A program made the translations under genes and the position numbers. Below the pieces are notes generated by a model, which was not told the DNA's origin, did not search any database, and saw only the letters and a list, made by a program, of their open reading frames with translations. A DNA stretch of 57,683 nt, the filler included, from Sphacelaria rigidula (lineage: Eukaryota): NCBI GenBank assembly GCA_964200075.2. It is 7 parts of 7 records of this genome, joined end to end, with 100 filler letters (N's around TTAATTAATTAA, not from the genome) between each part and the next. Parts side by side here need not be neighbours in the genome. Positions count along the whole stretch, not along the records: positions 49,531 to 57,683 come from CAXNAA020012106.1; 6 more parts are not named here. One strand, given 5' to 3'. Of this stretch, positions 50,191-57,683 are shown piece by piece; within the stretch, counting starts at the first letter, position 1; every line of letters starts with the position of its first letter.

Positions 50191-53100
50191 CACAGATTGC
50201 ACACGGTGGGCCTCGAACTGCACTCAAAATCCCCTGGGACCGAGCTCGGAGGTAGTGTTCCGCCTGCCCAGGGGACAACTCGAGAAACACCCATGCTACA
50301 CTTCTTCCAACGAGCAATAGGCTCCCCGCTCCAACTTGCTCCGGGGGTATTACGAGAAATGAGCTTCAACGTTCGCAACTGGTTTCTGTGGACATGAAGC
50401 ACGAAGCAGCTCTCTGGAAATTGATCGGCTTCTGAAAAGTTGAGTCTTGAACATGACGACTTCGTTCATCACACCCAAAAGTCGCTTGGGTTGAGTATTG
50501 TGTCCATATTACTGCTCGATAACCAAGCCAGACGACCACCTCTCTCATTTTCACTCAGACGCGGTGTTTCATGCCAATTTGTCTTTACTCGGTTCGCCTA
50601 TCGAGCAGGGCACAAGCTTGAGAGCACGCGACCAACGCAACGCCGCCCGCCATACAATGAAGCACTGTAGTACAGCACAACAAGTGTTGAACACCCACAG
50701 GTTCCGAGTTCTTGCATCAGAAAACATGCGTTCGCTTCTATAAGCACCGCGTCTCACAGCCAACATGGCACCAAACTACACTGCACTTCACTACAGTACA
50801 CGGCACAGACCGTATTTGAATGCACCCTAGCCTTTCAACCCTGTGTACGTTTTATGGCAATCCGATAAGAATCGTCTTTGAAATGTGTCACTTTGACCCC
50901 TTCCTGATGCCCAAAGATGACTTACTCTACTGCTCGGAGGGGTTTTGGAGCATCTTGACGGTTTTCGGTAGTCACAACCCAACTCCCCACCGCCTAGACG
51001 CCAGCAGGCTGCGTCTTCTTCTCTCCTGCAGGGGGTTAGGGGTTCAGAATCTTTGTTTGGGCGAAAAGACGAAGCCTCGATATAAACAAGGAGATCTGGG
51101 TCCGCTAGGCCATCGGCACGCACATAGCCTGTGCCCTCTCCTGATGATGTTTGTTCACCACCAGTAAACGGCTGCTCTTCAGTCGCGGACACATGTTGAC
51201 AATTGTAAACGTCCAAGGCGAAACTACTACTGCGGAATACGAACGGACTACACACCATGGCTAATCCTGTTCGACGCAAGCGGTGCACACACACACTACA
51301 CTTTTCTACAACGGAAACCCAACCTCGTGGCTCAACCCTGTTCAGCGGCTGCGATTGCATCGATAAAAACGAAAAATATGTGAACTCGTTTCAGCACCGC
51401 AGAGTCCCGCTGTGATCTTCCTCCTCGACAACATCGCCATCCTTCCCGCAACTGTGCGGGGCCGCCGCAGATTGCGGGGGTTAAATCAGTCTGTTAGTGA
51501 TCCATGGTAGGCAGCGCGGATATCCCTCATCCGCTTCAAAAGTACGAAAAAAAAAACCAGCGGACCGGGGAACGCTCGAAGCGAGATACTACGGGGCGGA
51601 AAGGTTCACCGATTCCTCCTGGTGGGTGAGAAACGTCGTGGGAGGTGAAAAAAACTTTTTGACCACGATTCCTTGTCCAGGTCATGAACTTCCCGCATAC
51701 TGAAACCCAAGTTTTCTCTAGAAAATCAGGCAAAACTGGCTCCGGCGTATGCATCTAACCGCACAATACAGCATAGTTCAGTGCAACAGCAAAACTGTCG
51801 TGCAGTGTTCATCCATCCTTGACCGTTTGGGAGGAGGCCACGGTTGAACCAACACACCGAATCTTTCAACACAGGATGTCTACCCCTGGAAACAAGCGCA
51901 TACGGCAAGGGCGCGGGGCGGGGACACGGGCGCGCGAAGGCGGGGGGAGAAGCCGCAATTGCTTCACTATACGAACTGGACGAGCCTAGAAATTAATTTA
52001 GGCTCTTACAGAAGATTGTCAAACCGCCTCCTGAGACCCTGGCTATCTCGCCAATAAAATTGAAGGTCTATCTCGAAAAAAATATCTCAAAGCGCCCGTG
52101 TGCAAAATTTTAAGCTTCATCAAGCAAAAACGGCGTGGAGAATTTCCCGCTATGTGATGATTAATACAAATGTGCACGGAATCCTTCTAAATACCTGATC
52201 ATAGTCTGCTACGGATCTTCTCCTTGTGAGCTCGGGCTTAAACCGACCGTTCAGGATGAGCTGTTCGAGTTAGAAGACGAAACTTTGTGCGAATGTTCTT
52301 GGACTGCCTCGGCACGAGTCATTATATTTTTTCGAAATTGAAGCAATTTGTAGGGGCTGTTGGAGGTCTTCACGATGGGACCCCCGGAAGCGGTAGTGAG
52401 CGGAGGTACTTCGGAATGTCCCTGAACGTCTTTTTTTCCCCGTTTCTAGCACCCACCATGACCAAATTGCGAAGTGTAAGGATGATCGGGGCTTTTATAC
52501 TGAAGCTATGAGGAAACACATCGAAAGGCTTCCTCAGTCTTCGGGTGCATATCATCAGAGGGAATCCGGAGACGCTAGAACCCCGCATCACCGACATACC
52601 ACGTTTTGGAGTAGAACTCGATCCCATCGGAGCCATTTTCGAAAATGTTTCAGTGTTTTTTCTTTGATGAAAGTTGCTGGGGTTTGATTCGTGATGAGAG
52701 TAGGTACAAATCGTGTCGGGAATTCGCATGTTTTATTTCGGAACAAATGGACGGCCCCTGATTGGCCGAGAAACATTTTCGCCACCAGCGCCATGGAGAA
52801 GTGCGCACGAAAAAATCTGGCCGTGTCACTCTCTGTGCTAGCTCGCGGGGGTCATCATGATCCCAAATATCTTTTTACCGGTTCAACTTCGCGTTTTGCA
52901 TCTAAGGGGAAATAAATTTTGGGCATTCACCCTGAACCAGCCTCTAGTGAAAGCATATCTGAACACTCTGATGCATTCACTCACACATGATGAGCACCTG
53001 GGGGGGTGCCGTGCTCGGGAACAATCATAGATCTGTCCGGGGGTACTCTTCGAATAAGAAAAATGTGAACGACAGTCATCCAGACATCTCCTATAGAGGA

Positions 53101-54904
53101 CCTCAGTTCGGGAGGCACGGTCTTCCTCACACTGTAGGCGTTACAACCCGCTGAACCTTCGACCACACGTCGTCTGAACCATAATCAACCAACAAGACCA
53201 CGTGCCTCGACAACGCGGTGAAAAGAGGTCAGATTCTGTTCCGAAACACACAAATATGTTTTCATTTTGGTGCAGGATTCCAGGGCATAATAAGGAAGTT
53301 GATTTGGGGTGATCGAGATAACTTTTTCGTACACTTCGCAAATTTTGGGGGCTTGACTGGTCTCCGAGAAATATGAGCGGTCTCCGAGAAAAACACGCGT
53401 TTGGCCAAGAAAAACCCACCGCCACTGGGAAAACGCACGGTTCTACAAAAACCGTCTCGACGATTGCAGGAAGGCATTCCAAGGTGTCAAAATCCGCCTT
53501 CAGCTCTCTTTAAGGGCGTAAAACGACAAGTGGGTCAAAAACAAGGCAGTTTTTCCTCATTTGTTGTGTTCAAACACACAAAGCAGCCTCACCTAGTACA
53601 GGAGCGTATAATAATGGTGAAAGCTGGATCTTGTTTCGTGCTCCCAAATCATGAAAAATCCAACCAACACAAAATGACTTCATCTTGTTACACACTAATC
53701 GTATCGATTCTCCGCACAAGGTTTTCAAGTGCAACTCTCGAAATCGAGGTTGGAATGCGCCTGCAACCTACAGATTCGTTCCCAGGCTAGCCCAGCTCGT
53801 ACAGTGTTTTACTGCCTCACGGTGCACCGTTTTCCTGTCCTGAGCGCTACACACCCCGTCATTGTCATCTTGCAGACCTGCACCGGGTGATATGTGCATG
53901 GTACATGTAGCACCGTCGTACCGCACTTATTTCGCAAACTGTTTTTTTCGACTCTCGGCACAACCGCATGATCCCACCACAATATCAATGATTACAACGA
54001 ACGAGGGATAGATAGCGGCGGTAGTGCACTGCGCCGTAGTTGTGCAAAATCCGGGCCGTCCAGTTCCTGAAAGCGCTCAATATGATGTGGTGATTGAAAA
54101 TGTCGGTTTGAGAGGTCAGCACAGCCCACCATGCTACATCAGCCGCTGTGTGTGAGTCATATTATCACGCGTCTATCATGCACAATCAATAATTTGTTAA
54201 TATCCAAGCGTACGCAGCTTTTGCTTTCACGGAGATATATTATGTCCTCGAAGATGGGAGTGGCAGAGGAAGGGGCGACGTGACATTGTCTTCGATGTGA
54301 TAGTGTCACACCCCTAGCGAGTCAAATCAGGGGGCGGTCCAACTACTTTTGTACTGCCTTGTGATGTTCCGTTTTGTACAATCGGTCAGCATCAAAGATC
54401 ACTACAGCAATATCACCCCCGGATGCCGCGGTGAAGTTTGTCACCTTCATGATTTTCAGGGCCGAAAAGCCTGCACCTCCAGAAGAATGTCAAGCACAGT
54501 TAAGTGACAATAGCGTTTCTCACCTTCTTCAGCTCCGACATCACTCGTGTGGTAATGCTGGGGAGAAAATTGAAGTTCGCGACTTACACCAGGAGGTGTT
54601 ATCTCCCGTTGTGTCCACGTGAGGGTGCCGTGCATGTTTCCCTTCAACAATTGATGGAATTGCACCACGCCGTACTCACCCCCTCTTCAAAACACAGGTG
54701 ACCAAAGCAAACGGGCCTAAACATTTTCCTTGTCAGCACCAAACGCAGAAACCATGACGCAATAGAAGGACATGCAAACACAGCCCTCACACCCGCACAC
54801 GCCCAACACAGGAGATGAAGAGGGAAAAATGCAACGCCCGACACGTACCATCTCAACACATAAATATGAAATACACGTAACACTGCGTTGTAGTGTGTTC
54901 TAAC

Positions 54905-55042
54905 CTCGTCGTTGCTGGTAGCCATCATGCTCACGGAAGATGAGCGAGAGAGTGTGCTTCCGCGCCCAGCCAGAGGCGCATGGAATGCATGGGCATCTCC
55001 AGCCAAAAGAGCCAGTACAGAGGCAGCTGCGAAAGACTTCAT
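54905..55042 (-). CDS. First exon of a nuclear-encoded plastid-targeted protein (bipartite presequence); mature protein unknown
   Basis: MKSFAAASVLALLAGDAHA|FHAP is a signal peptide with an ASAFAP-type cleavage motif. It is followed by a Ser/Arg-rich transit peptide ending VSMM and donor GAG|GTTAG. Confidence 0.8.
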
Positions 55043-55621
55043 TGTGGTTAGCTTGCAACCTGGGTACTGTGGTACACGGCAGCCAGATACCGTATTGTTC
55101 AGTTTGTAGTAACAACAGTGCGTCGCGAGGTGTGCATGCTCAGGGCCGTTCCTGACGCTAATCCGGCATAATCCGGTTCATGAGTATGTGCCACACTGGA
55201 TCGTTTCCTGCCACGACCCGTTGGTTAGAAAAGGACAAAAATCAAACTTATCCCGAATCGTCATGTAACATGTAACTGCGAACACGCGCTACGGCGGAGA
55301 GCACGAAGAGTCTGCTATGCAAGCATTCTCTTGTAGATGACCACGTTCGATGACTGAAGAAAAATTGTGACGTGTCCATCTATTGGTAATCTTTACTCTT
55401 ATTTAATATAAAACAGAAAGTTGGTGGTGGTGGTGGTGGTGGTGGTGGTGTTTTTGTTGTTGCCGTAGTAATTGCTTCTTTTTCTTCCTTTCTGTGGCTA
55501 CTGTATGGCTTCTGTCTTTTTCTGTTTCTTTCCTTATTTTCTTTTTCTTCTTACGTTTTTTTTTTGCTGCTCGTGACCATGGGCTGGATTGTTGCAATCC
55601 GCTAAATTTGAGACGATCAAC

Positions 55622-55659
<38 letters not shown>

Positions 55660-56039
55660 CAGATTCTCCTGGGAAATGGGGTTCGGCATTGGAATGAGCG
55701 GGTTCAGCCCCCCTTTGAATTTTGACAATGTTGCCCACACAGGGTGCAAAAACGAAATCATTTGCGGACATTTTGTTTATTTTAAAGCTAAGCAGGTGTG
55801 GCTAGGTTCACCCAGTCCATGCGGTCTAAACGTTTTTATCATCTATGACGATGCCACCAGAGGAGCAATGAACAGCCGCCGGTTCCAAGTATTGGGGTTA
55901 AACACTAAAATGGGGTTCAACCCCAATCCGAAGAATCGAGAATTCACGCCAAAGAGTATCACCACGGGAAAGCATTTTCGCAAGCAGAGTTCATGTTGCA
56001 CTCACGCCGGTGTGGTTAGGTACAACAAATGGATGCCGT

Positions 56040-56464
56040 GCACATGCGTGTCGATGGCGATATCACCAGAGGAGGAACGGTGGCGAGGAAGCTCCTCGCC
56101 GGTGTCCTTCGTATGTATGTGTCCTCGTTCGGCGATTCCCAATCGCTGCAGAGACTGGCATCAAACAGCGGATCCTAAAAAATGGGGCCCATCTCAAAAA
56201 TGAGCTTGAAGTGGCATTTCCTTTTTGAAGGGGATCACGCGAAACACTTACGACGTACGAGCGAAGCCATCTTCCCCCCAAATGTCTGCAGCAGTCAAGC
56301 AGCTGTGGCTAGTTGCACTTAACGAATGAAAGCGGTGTACACGCGTGTCGATGACGATATCACCAGAGAGAGAAGCAACGACAGAGAGGAAGCTTCTCGC
56401 CCGTGTCCTTTGCGTGTCCTCGCTCGGCGATTACCGAACTCTCGAGAGAGAGAGACTGGCATCA
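56040..56464 (+). repeat. Diverged ~125-bp direct repeat (56040-56163, 56339-56464)
   Basis: GCGTGTCGATG.CGATATCACCAGAG...GAGGAAGCT.CTCGCC.GTGTCCTT...GAGACTGGCATCA occurs twice. Confidence 0.85.
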
Positions 56465-56818
56465 TCGATGTTACCAGCATGTGCCAAATTTTTCATGTGC
56501 TGAAACATCGAGCTGCGGAGAGATTTTCTCTCGTCTAATAATTGCCTGTCGCCAACGCGAAGATCGATTTATCTTTGCCTTTCCTTTCGGACAGGGCGTG
56601 CCTCTGTGCGCTGAAAAACATGTGGTTGAAAAAAAAGGGCAATGTTCCCGTCATCGCTACTGCTGTTCTCTGCCACACACCTGCCAGCAAGGGCGGTGGT
56701 GCGGCCATAACAAATGGATTCAATTTGAACTTGGGGGGTGTTAATCATCATTGATTTTCGCCGACCCCCCCCAACCGGGTGGCCGAGCAGAAGGGCGTGC
56801 CACACGCCAGTTGAGGTG

Positions 56819-57077
56819 GAGTGATGCTGCGATAGGGTCAGCACTTTTACGGCCTGAGATTAGAATTGTTAGGAACCCTTTATCTCATTCAAAACACGAC
56901 TTTCGAAATAGGTGAGAGTACGCCAGGGTTTTCCTTCCAATTTGCTAGGGATATCCCGAATGAATTTGCAAACGGGGATATCCTGACCCATATTCTTGTG
57001 TAGTTCCTAATTTTTAGGAACCCCTGAATCAGGCCGGTTTTGGCCCCAAAAGTGCAGACCCTATCGCAGCATCACTC
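56819..57077. mobile_element. 259-bp MITE, Sola2-like
   Basis: 30-bp TIR GAGTGATGCTGCGATAGGGTC(A/T)GCACTTTT with one mismatch. 4-bp TSD GGTG at 56815-56818 and 57078-57081. Confidence 0.88.
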
Positions 57078-57683
57078 GGTGGGTGTATGAGAGATCAAAA
57101 ACTTGTAGAAACATTTTTGGCATGCGGAGTGAAAAGAGATACGTATGGTGGTGACCTAACCATTGCTAGCGTGGCGCATAGGAGTCCGCCCATGCCGCAA
57201 CCTACAGCACACGCTGGCCGCGTGAACAGCTCGGTACAGTAGTACGAGTAGCTTCCCATAAGTAATAATTATTCCGATGTCAGGAGGTCATGAGTAGTTA
57301 TTGCAAGTTGGGAGGAGAGACGAGAGCGTGCTCTACGATCAAGCGCATGTCGTTGTATTTGAAACCCACGCCGTCAACCGCCGACAGCAAGGGTCTTGTG
57401 GCTTTCACGCGACGCTATCGGCAGTACGGCAGACAAACCGGATCATGGCTACCTTTCCTTGCTCTACCGCGCGTCCTCCCGTCTGCTCAGAGGTGGTCAC
57501 GGTAACAACATGCACCGAAGTCGCAACATCTCTGAAGGCTAGAGAGTTTGATTTTTGTGAACTGCATCCACACACCTCAAACGACTCTCGAGACCTAAGG
57601 GAGGGCGGGACACTTTCTACGATAGCCCCCTCCCAAAACCAGCTAAAAGTGTCACGAAAAAAATGGCCATACAGCGCCTGATG

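Noticed and set aside
54524..54557. Second exon of the plastid protein (ITTRVMSELKK, YqeY-like)
   Set aside because: The splice sites look good, but this frame is out of phase with exon 1, and the in-phase reading is uninformative.

Overview
Eukaryotic, intron-rich, repeat-dense DNA, most likely from a photosynthetic stramenopile such as a brown alga. This is inferred from a signal peptide + AHA|F plastid-targeting exon, short GT-AG exons and the repeat landscape. The window is not one locus: it is seven contigs (8156, 8156, 8155, 8155, 8154, 8154, 8153 nt, i.e. size-sorted) joined by identical 100-nt N44-TTAATTAATTAA-N44 spacers, so nothing can be inferred across spacers. Most ORFs in the track are spurious. 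Supported content: a decayed DIRS/Ngaro-type tyrosine-recombinase retrotransposon, two decayed Ty3/Gypsy pol fragments, tRNA-derived SINEs, (CAAT)n-tailed non-LTR 3' ends, several MITEs with clear TIR/TSD and a handful of host exons. The exons include an OvoA-C-terminal-type methyltransferase start, a plastid-targeted protein and an acidic helical-repeat protein. The most interesting structures are (i) five copies of one element terminus, three of them abutting Gypsy pol fragments and none with a target duplication, (ii) a foldback with ~400-bp arms, apparently exon-derived and interrupted by a SINE, and (iii) a SINE family with a conserved core and swappable 3' tails. All assignments are by eye; no database searches were run.
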